64,000 nucleotides of DNA from the human T2T-CHM13v2.0 reference genome, Homo sapiens: assembly GCF_009914755.1 (NCBI RefSeq), contig NC_060933.1, one strand, 5' to 3'. Shown here one piece after another: positions 1 to 13,863 of the stretch. The notes under the pieces were generated by a model. That model was not told where the DNA came from. It made no database searches and saw nothing but the letters and a program-made list of their open reading frames with translations. The stretch's first letter is position 1, and every line of letters begins with the position of its first letter. The position numbers and the translations under genes are program-made.

Positions 1-737
1 TTATCACTCAGCAATCCCAAATCACTTTCCTAGGTATGATCTAGCTGAAATACGGAGTCTCTATCCAAAGGAACTCCGTTCCTAGGAAACGGAGTTGCTG
101 GACATTCACTCATGTTTGTTCTGTTCCAAAGGCTGCATGTTCTCTCCACAAAATGCCTACATGCATGTCTACCACATCGGGCCAGCTTCCGGCAGAAGTA
201 TACCCAAATTTCAGGGGCTTACATGAGATGGAAGTCATGTCTTTCTCACTTAAAGTCCAAGCTTGTGTAGAGGGTGCCCTGTGATGCTACCAGGGGACTC
301 AGGTTAGCTCTTCACTGCTGCTTGCAACTGGTGGACATAGTGGCTCTCCACCACACCCCAATCACATCCAAGTAGCTAGAAATCAGAAAGCGGGAGACAG
401 AGGGAATCCAGAACCCCCTTCCATCCTGCTCACAGCTCACCAGCCAGAACTTAGTCACACAGGTACAGTCAGGGAGTAATTTAAGTCTACCATCACCAAA
501 AAACTGGGTTTCTGTTTATTATAGAAAAAGGAGACATTGGATATTGGGGAACAACTATCGGTCACTGGCATGGCTTTTATTTTTATATTTTTTCCTAGTT
601 ATGAAAGCAATACATACTACCAGGAATCCAGATATATATATAAAGAAAATAAAGGTTAGGAGTAATTCCAGATCTAACTGTTGTTATAAGACAAACAAAT
701 TTTTTGTAACCTTACTTCTCACTTAATAGTATATCCT

Positions 738-1031
738 GGCTGGGCACTGTGGCTCATGCCTGTAATCCCAGCACTTTGGGAGGCCGAGGTGGGTGGATCA
801 CGAGGTCAGGAATTCAAGACCAGCCTGGCCAAGATGGTGAAACCCTGTCTCTACTAAAAATACAAAAATTAGCTGGGAATGGTGGCAGGAGCCTGTAATC
901 CCAGCTACTCAGGAAGCTGAGGCAGGGTATTGCTTGAACCCGGGAGGCAAACGTTGCAGTGAGCCGAGATCGTGCCACTGCACTCCAGCCTGGACGACAG
1001 AGCAAGACTCTGTCTCAAAAAAAAAAAAAAA
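738..1031 (+). mobile_element. AluS
   Basis: Full dimer with poly(A); TSD AATAGTATATCCTG. Confidence 0.95.
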
Positions 1032-1092
1032 AATAGTATATCCTGATAATCTTCCCGTATCAATAAACATAGATCTACATTACTATGAGAAC

Positions 1093-1787
<695 letters not shown>

Positions 1788-2204
1788 TGATTTGAGGCTA
1801 CTATAAACAAGATGATGAACAGCCTGTGGAGGATCTTTGTATGTTTGTCCTGTTATTTTCTAGGCATAAATTCCTAGCAGTGGCAAAATGCTGGATTAAG
1901 GAACACTTTCAAAGATTCCGATTCTTGCTGCCAAATTGGCCCCTAGACTTGCAGAAATTTATACTAATGCCTCCAATGTTTCCTTCTACAATGCCACTGA
2001 TCAACTAAGAGATAAGAAAGCTTTCATTGTTTAAAACTTTGTCTTTATTTGATTACTAGTGAGGATGAGCATCTTTTCATATTTATTGGCCATTTTCTTT
2101 TGTAAATTGTCAGTTCACATCCTTTTTAAACAGTCCATATTTTAATAGGAGTGTTCACTTTATCCTATTGATTTGAAAAAAAAAATCCACTTTATTAAGG
2201 ATAA

Positions 2205-2447
2205 CATATTAGCAAATGCTTATGTAGTACTTATGTGTACCAAGCACTGTTCTTAGTTCTTAAGATGTTTATATTAATCTTTTCAACAGCCTGTAAGGTA
2301 AGTATTGTTATCCCTATTTTATAGATGAAGAAACTGAGGCACAGAAAAGATATACAATTTGCCCGGTACATAGTTGTACAGCTAGGAAGAGGCAGAACTG
2401 GGATTCACACTTAGTAGTCTGGTTCCAGATCCTTGCTTTTAACCACT
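2205..2447 (-). mobile_element. MIR SINE
   Basis: Core CCCTATTTTATAGATGAAGAAACTGAGGCACAGA. Confidence 0.8.
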
Positions 2448-3879
2448 GGACATTCAAATTAATGTTTTGTCTCTTAGAGATTTTTTTAGACTTTTACAAT
2501 ATTTCCAATTTTTGTCTTTTAACTTCAAAGTTTTTAAAATTCAGTTTTCATTTATATTGTCAAATCCATTAACATTTTCCAAATGGATTCTACTTTAGCG
2601 TCATTTAGTTGACCTTCAAGGGTAAAAAATGAAGCACAGATAGGAAGGTAAAGGGTAATGTATGTCATATGCACTTTTGCAAACTCACCAAGAAGTTTCC
2701 GATGAACATATGAAGAAAATGTCAGAAGGGCTCATAGTGCTATAAGGCTTCTTATTTCTTCTAAAACACACTGGCCCACCAGCCTCTACTACCAACCTCT
2801 AATTGAAGCTCACAGTACCTCTTAACTCTGATATCCAACAATATCCTGGTTTATTTGCTAATGCTTTCTTCCCACCTCAGCCTACTTCATCATTATTAGA
2901 TATCATTTAATCCTACCCTACTGCTGTGCTAGGTACTTGGCATAGACAGGAACAAAACAGTTTCTGCCCTTGAAGAGTTCCACATCCCCTGCAGCATAAC
3001 CACACTCTTCCCCTGAACTGTACTCGATCTAGCTCTGGGGCCTGCTCTCTCCTTTCTCAATATATCTTCTAACCTCAAGAAGTCCTCCCCAAATCCTACC
3101 CATGGCTTAAGCTCAAGTTTCCCCCCCTCTAGTTTCTTGTTCACTTTAGCTCACAAAATAAAGTCCCCATTAAAAACAAAACGAAACAAACTCCTTTGGC
3201 ACTTATTGCATACACTAATATGAGTGCTAAAAGGGGAGCTGATACCACCACCTAAGATCATAAATGTAAACGTACAGCATGTCAAGTACTATTTCCCATA
3301 GTTCTATTACAGACAAGGACCCACTTTTTTAAAAGTGTTGCACAAAGTCACAATGAATTACAAAAAGCAGAGCTACAGCCCAGGTCTTGCGGTTCCCAGC
3401 CATAAAATCTTAAAACTGGCAGAGACCTCAAACGACACCTTAACTAGTGATTTCAGAGTCCTAGCATGTGAAAGTTGTAATGGGGATGGAGGAACTGGGC
3501 TTTGGATTAATTTTAAAACAACAAAATCAAGGATTGCTTTGAAAAACATTTGAAGACAAAAATCTTCAAAACATGGGTTGGAAAAGATAACAAAAAAAAG
3601 CTCAGGGAGGCTGAGGTGGGAGGATCTCTAGAGTCCGGATGTCGAGGCTACAGTGAGCCGTGACCCACGCCACTGCACTCCAGCCCTGGAGAAAGAGCGA
3701 GAGACCGTGTCTCGAAAAAACAAACAACAAAAAAACCCTCAGACCCCAAAACGTCAAGGAATAAAAGTAAAAGGTTGGGCGGACACAACTCCTCCATTTG
3801 ACAGATGAGCAAACTGAGGCACAGAACTCCAGGAGGCCTGGCCAAGGCCTCCTGGAGGGAACAGGGTCAGTTGACGGAA

Positions 3880-5300
3880 AAGAGCCAGAGGCTGCACGCT
3901 GGACAGCGTTCGGACCTTCCGGGTCGCGCACGTGTAAATTGCCCCCAGGAGCCTGAGGGAGCAAAGCAGCCGCCCCGCCCCGCGGGCAGCGCGTTCAGCG
4001 GCCACGTGACACAGCCAGCCCATCACGCGCAAAGGGCAGGGCCTGGAGGACACCACCCCCGCCACTCTCTCAGCCCTCCACTAGGAAAGAAGGAGATGGT
4101 ATTGGTGGGCGGGCCAGACCCGCCTCCCCCACGGTGGCCACCCCGCGCGAGGCGGGCCCAGCCGCCGCCCTCCAGTGAGGGGACGGACGAGCTCAGCTAG
4201 GCCAAGGCGAAAGAGCGACGCGCACTTCAATCAGACGGCTTCACCAATGGGCTTGCGCGCTTTCCGCGGCGCCCGCCCCTGCATCGGCCTCCCGGCGCCC
4301 GCGCTGCTTTCCCTCAGGCCGCCGCGGCGGCGCCCGCCCGCGCCTCCATCCGGGTCCTGGCGCGGTGCTCTCCCGGCAGCGACGGGCGCGAGGGCCGGGG
4401 CATTCCCACGGCCGCGACGGCCCTCTCCGCGAGCGCGAGGTGGGTATGGCGGACGCGGCAGCGAGCGCGGGTCCGTCGCCATTTTATTTCGCGGAGACTC
4501 GCGGCAGCGGGTGGGCAGAATGGGAGAGCCGTGGGCCGGCCCGCGCCTGTCCGGCTAACGCGGGCTGGGACTGGTGGGGCGGCCTGCCCCCTCCAGCGGG
4601 CGGGTGGCCCCGGGGGGCCGGCGGGCTGCTAGCGGAAGTCGCGGGCGCTCGGGGCACGGGGGAGGGGTGCCGCGTGGCCGCCGCGGGGCCGGCTCCAACC
4701 CCCTCCGCTTCCCGCCCAGCTCCTCACCGACAGGGCGGGGGAGGGGGGGTCATTCTTCACATTCCTTACCCCGCCCTTCCCCCCGCTTCAATCAAACTTG
4801 GGGCGGGCGGAAGGCCCGCCTTCCGGCCGGCGCCTGTTGGCCGGCGCCGCCTCTGACTGTGGCGTGACTGGTTGTAGGCGCCGCCAGGTGCCTCTGACGT
4901 CACTTCCGCTATCAAGTTTGTGGGCCGGGGAGACCTTGGCCTTGGGGGTTGGGATGAAGGAGGGAAGGTAGGAAGTGCGAGGGGCGGGGGGACAGGGCGG
5001 GAAGGCGCGGGCGGGGAGGGCGGGAGAGTCGTGGCTGGCTGCATGCCCCTGCTCCCCGTGGCCAAGTGCAGCCTCCCTTCCTGAAGCAGCTGCTGCGGCT
5101 GGAGGTCCGCTGCGGCAGCCGTCCTTGGCGAGGGGGAGGGGAACGCGGGAGCGGGAGGAAATCGTATCCCGGGGGACGGGGCTTGGAGATTTGCGACTCG
5201 GTGTCACCGGAAACAGCGCTGGCCTTTTGAGTCGACGCTGCAAACTCTTGGAACCGAGTGCCTCTCAGAAGGCTTGCTAATAAACTTCCCGGGCGGGCTC
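3880..5300. promoter_or_regulatory. CpG-island promoter of the let-7 cluster
   Basis: Very GC/CpG-rich and repeat-free; CACGTG 3929 and 4003, CACGCG 4024, ATTGG 4101, CCAAT 4244, GC boxes near 4107 and 4270, YY1-like CGCCATTTT 4477-4485, ETS CGGAAGT 4633, CRE/ETS 4895-4909. Confidence 0.92.
4895..4909 (-). promoter_or_regulatory. Overlapping ETS-CRE composite site
   Basis: TGACGTCACTTCCGC; minus strand reads GCGGAAGTGACGTCA. Confidence 0.8.
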
Positions 5301-6929
5301 TAGTGTGAGGAATGTGGTAACCTGTATGTCCTTGGCCAGTAATGCCCTTCGGTCTTTCAACTTTTTACAGTAGATTCTGTGTCAGAGGTAATGGTATGTA
5401 TTCTTCAACTTACCGGTTTTTAAAAAATTGACTAACGAGAGGGCGGGCAGACAGGAAAAAGGCAGGGAAGACAGTGAATGTTAAAATTTTGAGGTAAATC
5501 AGGAGACTGGTTGAGTTTTGCTTTTTAACTTCATTGATAATACTGCTTTCTTGGCATACAGTTCCTAAAGTTAAAGCATCATGTGGCATTCCTTTGCATT
5601 TATTTCTGTTGGCCTGAAGTATAAGAACATTGAATGTCAAATTCCAAATTTATGTGTAGTTTAGGAAATAATTGTTTATATCCAGAATTCTTTTGGTGTT
5701 TGGCGGGGTCTGGTTTTATTTACTGTATATTCGGGAAGTATGTGTAGTTAGGGAAGTAAAAACTTGGAAGTTACTTTGGGTTTTGTGAGAATGTTTGATT
5801 CATTATACATATTTGTTAAAAGTTTACTTTGAAACTTCAACTTTGAGAATAGACAAATTTCTTGACGTCCTGTAAATTCAGTGGTATTATATAGCATTTT
5901 AAAATTTATCACTTAGGTGCAATTACAGTGTGAGGGGAAAAGTTAACTTTTTTGAATAGTTACATTGCAGTGACAGCAAGAGAGTATTTTTATGTGTAGA
6001 CAGGCTGTGGGTTCCCCTCACTTAAATTGAAGCTCTGTTGAACTTGAGACACTTAAGAATCTTGCAAGTGTGAAAAGTGGAGTGAAACAAAACCATTTCT
6101 AAAACGAAAATGTGTAACTGCGTTCAGTTTTACACAGTGAAGAAATAAGTATTAAACAAGTTAGTCTCAAACGTTTATATCTTAAGGTCATTTTATTCCT
6201 GTTATCATTAACTAGACATATCTTGGTTTAGAGAGCAGCACACAAGACATTGTGTACTTTTAATAGCTAAGATAGTATAATAACTACTCATATGGGAATT
6301 ACCGAGTGTTAAGAGCGCCAAACTAGTGTTTCAAACTGTAGGTCCTGAGTTATAGGGTCATGAAGTCACTTTAGTGGGTGGTGATCCGAATTTTTTAAAA
6401 AGTAGAAAATATTCCATTGAATACAAAATAGCGTGTTGATTCAGCTCGACACGTGTATTCCTGTAAAATAATCCTGTGAAGCTGAGTGTCAAAAGTTGAA
6501 AAACAACTTCTGTAGGGTGTTTTTCTCGTTTATAGCATTGTGTAAAGTATTTAATATTTTTTAACGAGTATTAAATGGGCTGTTTATATTTGGTGGAACA
6601 TGAGCCACCTACTTTAGTTTCACAAGTTGGGAAGTAAATTTGCCATCCAGGACCAGTATGCGTTTTAATCATAGTATTTTTAATAGCCTGTGAAGCTTTT
6701 CTTTAGACCATAAGAGGTCTTTTCCATCCCATAATATTTATTGCCAATTATTTATCCATGTCTAGATGAGACTAGAAGAATCCGAATCCCCAGTAATGAG
6801 TTGTCAGCATTGCTTAATGTGACCTCAGGACTGATCATCATATGCTTTTTGCCTGTGTAGGTGTTCTAAGCGTTGTATAATCACTTAAGAATGGACTTCA
6901 TTAAATAGACAAAATATGAGAGCCATTAC

Positions 6930-7062
6930 ACTATTTTTGGTATTAAGTCTTTGAAATCCAGACTGTTTTACACTTGCAACACATACACTTGGGGCTAATC
7001 ACATTTCAGGTGCTCAGTAGCAACATGTGACTAACAGCTACCAAATGAACAGTGCAGTTCTA
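6930..7062. mobile_element. MER3/MER33-type hAT fragment
   Basis: CACATTTCAGGTGCTCAGTAGCAACATGTG. Confidence 0.6.
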
Positions 7063-7202
7063 GTGCACTGTTTTTAAAAAAATTAGATTTTTTTTTAAAA
7101 TTAGATTTCTCTAGCTGAATAGTTGTAGTTTCAGATAAACAGCCAAAAATGTTCTGTCTCTCCACAGCTTCATCTCAATTGTGAAGAAATTGCATTAGGT
7201 GA

Positions 7203-7350
7203 TTTTTTTTTTTTTTTTTTTTTTAAATAATAGAAACAACGTCTCACTATGTTGCCCAGGCTGGTCTCCAACTCCTGAGCTCAAGTGATCCTTCTTCCTC
7301 AGCCTCCCAAAGTGCTAAGATTACAGGTGTGAGCCACCGGGTTCCTGGCC
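7203..7350 (-). mobile_element. FLAM/AluJ monomer
   Basis: Single left monomer with poly(T). Confidence 0.85.
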
Positions 7351-7521
7351 GAATCAGGTGATTTCTTAGGCCCTTTCTAAATACAAGGTTTAAGTGTTTT
7401 GAGGCAGCCGACAGCTATACCTTTAAGTCTCTTGCTTCTCTAAGAATAAGACATTTTGGATCATTTGTTCTACCATAACGTAATGAATACAAGTTGGGAG
7501 CATTTTGCTCTTCTGTTAAGC

Positions 7522-7812
7522 ACAGTTGGCCTTCCTGTCCAAGGATTTTTGCATCCTTGAATTCAACTAACCTCAGATGGAAAATATTTGGGGGAAAAAA
7601 AGTATATACAACAAAAATAATATGATCAAAAATAATACAGTATAACGACTATTTACATAACTTTTACATTGTATTAGGTATTGTAAGTAATCTATGTAGG
7701 AGGATGTGTGTAGGTTACATGCAAATATGACACCACATTTTATAAGGGACTTGAGCATCTGAGGATTTTCCTCTGGGAGAAGGAGGTATCCTGGAGGCAA
7801 TCCCCTGAGGAT
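7522..7812. mobile_element. Tigger3a/MER7-type MITE
   Basis: CAGTTGGCC start; TACATTGTATTAGGTATT and ATAAGGGACTTGAGCATC motifs. Confidence 0.7.
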
Positions 7813-9424
7813 ACTTTTCTACTTTGTGTGAATTTTTCATTAACAGGAAGTTACAGTACTTTTCTGGTCACCTGAGAAACCCACCCCATATTTTTATTAG
7901 CCAAATATATAATTCTCGAATGCTTAGAATTCATTTCTTAATGATTTCACTGTTGTGCAGTATAGACTGTGAATTGCCTACTAAGGATACTGTTAATTAT
8001 AGTAAACTGTGGAATCTAGATTAAATAATTACACCCTACTTTTTTTCTTGGCTTGTGGATGTGTAGACTACATAGTGGTTTTTTCAACCCAGGAACATAA
8101 CAGTATAATGGAGGATAGGAAGGCAGAAGATGTTTAAAGGGTTGAGAAATAATGGTATATGTATAATGGTCAGTAAGCAGAACAAGCCAGCCAAGTTGGA
8201 TATTCTTCAAGACTATCTTAAGTGTCTGCTATGTGTCTAAGTGAAAGGAAATAAGCAATAGTCCTTTTGGGAAACCTGACCTAGTACTTAGCTATTTCAG
8301 ACTTAATGTGATGTTTGATAGAGTAGGAAATAAGATCTTAAATTAGAATTAGGTTAAATTTCTTTAGAGAAACTTATTTATAAATGTAAAGAATTTATTA
8401 TCTCATGTGTTGCACATGCTCTATCGAAGGGAGCAAAATACTATTGGAGAGTTTGCTTATTAATGTAATACTCAGCCTGCATCATTGTCGGATAATTTTG
8501 TTGATAATTCAACTATTTGAGATTGAAAGAAATCTGTTAAAGTAGCCAGTGTTGTAATTTTGATCTGTGTTTGATTACAGCGTATGAAACAAAAATGAGA
8601 CTGGAGGAAATAGTTTACTTGTGAACTTTTTGAGCTACTTTGTTTTAGGAGTATTTAAATTAATGTAAAAGTGTAGGGAAATGTCTTAGCTCAGAAAATT
8701 TAAACTTACTAGATATTAAGTGCTTAAAAGGTAGAGTATGCTTGCATTTCAACTAAAGTTTAGAGTGTTTTAGGAAATTAGAGGCTATTTTAAAAAATAT
8801 TTTGAAGTTAGGAGTGTGTTCCTAAGTGTTTTCATCATAAGAAAATAAGTCTGTGGGGATAGTACATATGTTAATTAACTTGATTTAGCTATAATATAAA
8901 CCTATTTTATGTACACCATAAAAATAACAATTTTTATGTCAATTTGAAACAAATTCATTACAAAAATGAAATTAGGAATGTGAATGTTAATAAGTTATGA
9001 AAACTTACTTGATGTAAATGTAGATATAGACAAGTCTATAACTAATAGATTTGCCTGCTTTGTAGCATGCTTTAAATTGATAATATTTTTAACTATCACA
9101 AGTATATCTGGAAAGGTAAAATTCCTGTTAGGATAGTTTGTCAAATTAATTTATTAAGTACAGTTGCCATTTGTTGAGTTAATTTCTCAGTCATTCAATA
9201 TCTTTGCATGTATCCCAGTCCTGACAGCAACCCCATGAGGTGTGGCTGTTACAGTTCCCCCAAATGGCGATGAGAGAACACAGCCACTAAGTAGCTGCTT
9301 GGCTGCTTGACCCTGAAACCATTGCCCTTAACCATTTTCCTGTACTGGTATGCTGAGCTGAATGAAATGAAGATACATTTTGTGTAAGTTGAATTTTGAC
9401 TTTTAGTTGCCATAAATTAATTAA

Positions 9425-10042
<618 letters not shown>

Positions 10043-10980
10043 ATTTGCCATAACTTTTAATGAGAGGGTAGTTCCAGCTACAGATTGAGGTAGTATGTGA
10101 ATAAGGATAGAAAGTGGATATAAAAGTATTTTTGTTACTTTTTAAGAAAGAATTATCAGAAGGCTCAAATTCTGATAATTTTAGCTAATAGTATTCTACC
10201 TAAGAAGTAAACAAAGGCCCAGAAATTAGATGATATGTCCAAGGACATAGTAAATGGGGAGCCAGCATTAACTGTAGACAGAAAAACTTCAAGTCCTAAA
10301 TGTATACTAGCTATCAACCCACTCTTTCCCAGTACGCAAGCATTACATAGTTGTGATTAGTTAGTTAGGGCTTTTAATTAACTTCCAAATGAATATTTCC
10401 ATGGGTTCTTGTAATCCATAAATTCATGGATTATGTTCAGTGTTTATGAGAGCTGGCCCTAACTGAACATTGCTCGGCTGTTTGGTTTTAGTTTCCACCA
10501 TTTGCTGTAATCAGTGTTTTCTAAACTGCAGGCTGGGAACCATTAGATTATAAAATCAGTTCATGTATATAATAAAATAACATATTAGAGTAAGTATTGA
10601 TTTGTGAACAATATTATTTATTGGATTACTTATATACATATACTTTTCAAAAAATTGAGGGTCATGTTAATAGCACTTGGTATGTAAATTACCAGAATGC
10701 TTTCTAGCAATATGGTATTTATTTACATAGCTGGATTGAGAAAGAATAATACAAAGTAAGCATGTGACACCAAGGTTGGAAAAAAAATGTGTTTTTGAAT
10801 GTTTGATGAGGATTCAAACATGTTTTAAATGAGAAAATCGGTAGGAGGTTGAGGATTGTAGTAGAAGTACCAGATGCTTTTTCTTTTAGCTGTTTTTTTT
10901 CGTTGCTGTTGTTTGGTTGGTTTTGGTTTTGTTTTTTTTTTTTTTTTTTTTGGCTGTTATTGTTTTAAAAGTAAGGACTA

Positions 10981-11277
10981 GGCCGGGTGCAGTGGCTCAC
11001 GCCTGTAATCCCAGCACTTTGAGAGGCGAAGGCAGGCAGGCAGATCACCTGAGGTCAGGAGTTCGAGACCAGCCTGGCCAACATGGTGAAACCCCGTCTT
11101 TACTAAAAATACAAAAATGAGCTGGGCGTGATGGTGGATGCCTATAATCCCAGCTACTTGGGGGGCTGAGGCAGGAAAATCGCTTGAACCCAGGAGGCGG
11201 AGGTTTCAGGAGCCAAGATCACATGGTTGCACTCCAGCCTGGGTGACAGAGCAAGACCTCGTCTCTAAAAAAATAAA
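10981..11277 (+). mobile_element. AluS
   Basis: Full dimer; TSD AAAAGTAAGGAC. Confidence 0.95.
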
Positions 11278-11944
11278 AGTAAGGACAGTGCTGATTCATG
11301 GGAAATATTTTGGCTTATAAAGGGCCTGACGTTAGGGACAAGTGTGTCTGTGAGTTCCTAGTTTGCATAACCTGGCCTTGTAGAATTGAAATGGTCTCAA
11401 ATGTAGTATAGTTTAGTGATGCAGTACTGTCTCTAATTTGGGGCAAGTTATTAAGCTTCTTACCACCAGTTTTCATCTAGAGATGATGAAGTAGTTGGAC
11501 CTTACATATTTTGGATATATGGTATTAATAAATCTTTCCCTTTTTGTTACAGACGTGTTGATACTGCAGCTAGGAAAGCTGAGGGACTTCGGCTAAATTT
11601 CTTTTGCAAGATTTCAATGGCAGAGAATTAGTAGGGCCAGGATTTGAACCCTGGTTTTTATTGACTCCAAATGAGTAATGCTGTGAACATTCAAATACAC
11701 GTTTTTTCAATTCTCTTGCCCTTTTTTTTTGCGGGGAGGGGCAGGGTCTCACTCTCTTGCTCTGACTGGAGTGCAGTGGTGTGGTCATAGCTTACTGCAA
11801 CCTTTAACTCCTAGGCTCAAGCAATCTTCCTGCCTCAACCTCCTGAGTAACTCAGCTGGGACCATAAGCCTGCACCACCACACCCAGCCATGTTCAGTTC
11901 TCTAGAGTATATACCTAGAAATGGAATTGCTGGGTCATATGGTG

Positions 11945-12710
11945 AACTGTTTTTTACTCATCACTAACCAGTTCTGACACCAACAATCAATTCTTCAACT
12001 CGACACCAACAGAGTGTCCTACAATTAAATTTAATTCTGAAACTACCTGAAGTTAGTACAAACTTCACAGGTTGAGGGCTCAAACACGTAAGACTGCCCC
12101 CGCTTCAGATGCAGGTTTCTACCTGAATTTTTAACCAACCAGCTATAAATTAGGGGGTTTCACAACCTCTTCCACTGGGTCTATAATTTGCTAGGATGGC
12201 TTACAGAACACAGGAAGACACTCATTATCACTGGTTTATTATAAAGGATTTAAATGAATAGCCAGATGAAGAGGTCCTTAAGCTGAAGTCCAGGAGGGTT
12301 CCTAGCACAGGAGCTTCTGTATCTATGGAGTTAGGGTTACACCAGCCTCCTGGCATGAAGATGTGTTTTTCAACTCAGAGCTGTCCAAACCCTGACACTT
12401 AAGGGGTTTTTATGGAGGTTTCATACTTAGGCATGATTGATTACATTATTGGCCTTTGATGATTGGCTTACTCTCTGTCCTCTCTGCTTTACCTGGAGGT
12501 TGAGGGGGTGAGGCTGAAAGTTCCACCCCTCTAATCACACCTTGGTCTTTCTGGTGACTATCCCCCTCCTGAAACTACAGGAGCCACCAATCGACTCAGT
12601 AGCATTAAACAGACATTCATCACTTAGGAAATTCTGAGGGTTTTAGGAGCTGTATGCCAGCCAGGATCTTCAAATGGAGACAAAGACGAAATACGTGTTT
12701 CTGATTCCAC
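11945..12710 (-). mobile_element. MER21-family LTR inside an L1M fragment
   Basis: GTGTCCTACAATT...AAGACTGCCCCC segments resemble MER21B/C; flanks 11900-11945 and 12711-13150 are antisense L1M. Confidence 0.7.
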
Positions 12711-13665
12711 TTAACAACTGTTTGACTTGTCTACAAGTTTTGTTCTCCAAAGCAGCTGCACCATTTCACATTCCCACCAGCAATCTAAGGGTTCCAATTT
12801 TCTCCGCATCCTTGTCAACACTTTTATTAATCTTATTAGCCATCCTAATGAATAATGTATCTTTTCATGTGCCTGTTGGCCATTTGTGCTTATGAGTCAT
12901 ATCTTTGGTGAAATATCTATTAAAATATTTTACCATTAAATTAGGTTGTTTTAAGTTACTTTAATGTGTGTTTTGCACACCAGTTTACAAAGAATGCAGA
13001 TCCATTTTTTTTGCATGTGGCTATACAGCCGTCAGCATTATTTGTTGAAAAAACGATTCCCAGTTGAATTGTCTTGTCATGGTTGAAAATCAGTTGACCC
13101 ATGTATGGGTTTATTTCTAGACTTTAAATTCTATTATATTGAGCCGTATGTTTTTTATTACGTTTTGTAATTTTAAAAATTAGTGCTTTTGGTTACTAAA
13201 TCACTACAAAATAAATTTAGTCCCTATCTTAAAAGATAATCTTTGTAGTAGCTACCTCCTAAATATGAAGTCTGTAAATTAAAGGGTAATAATACAGTTT
13301 AGATTACTTGGGTTTATTAAAGATTTTGGACTCTGCCTTCAATCCACATATTACCTTTCTATCTAAAGGAAAGGATCCTGACCCTGAATCAGATCCAGGT
13401 GATTATCTTTGATTTAGTCCTAATAAGACCACTTAGTGTTTGCTCGCATGGGATAAATGAGTAGGTTCCTTTAAAAATTAGTTTCTATTTGTGTGTGTTT
13501 TTTATATTATCTCGTTGTATGTTAGTGCATTTGGATTATGCATGATGTACAGGACTTTTGGGTTTTGAAGTCATTGGATTTTTAATTAGAGGCTGTCATG
13601 TTTTTCTGTAATGATTTTTTGTTGTTTCTTGAAGGATAAGTTATTTCATGCATTTTCATTTGTAG

Positions 13666-13863
13666 GAACTGTAAGAAAACCAGCAGTTAATAATAGTAAA
13701 AGGTGGTGGTAAGAGGGTGATTTCTGAATCTTGTAAATACATGGTTTTAGGAGCGGATTCAGATAACCAAGCATTTAAAATACTATTAATGAAATACAGG
13801 AAATGAAACCACAGCATAGATTATGCATGTAGCCAAAATGTTCAGTTAAACTTCATTTTCAAC
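13666..13863 (+). other. Candidate non-coding exon of the host transcript
   Basis: Acceptor cattttcatttgtAG (13664-13665) and donor AAC/GTAAGT (13864). Confidence 0.45.

Noticed and set aside
4877-4894. CCGCCAGGTGCC as a CTCF site
   Set aside because: Lacks the GGC core ending; weak match in GC-rich DNA
3602-5280. Many overlapping ORFs in the CpG island, including 4231..4482 (-) with a good Kozak context
   Set aside because: Stop-codon scarcity from GC richness; Pro/Arg/Gly/Ala low complexity with no recognisable domain; the ATG is part of the YY1-like motif
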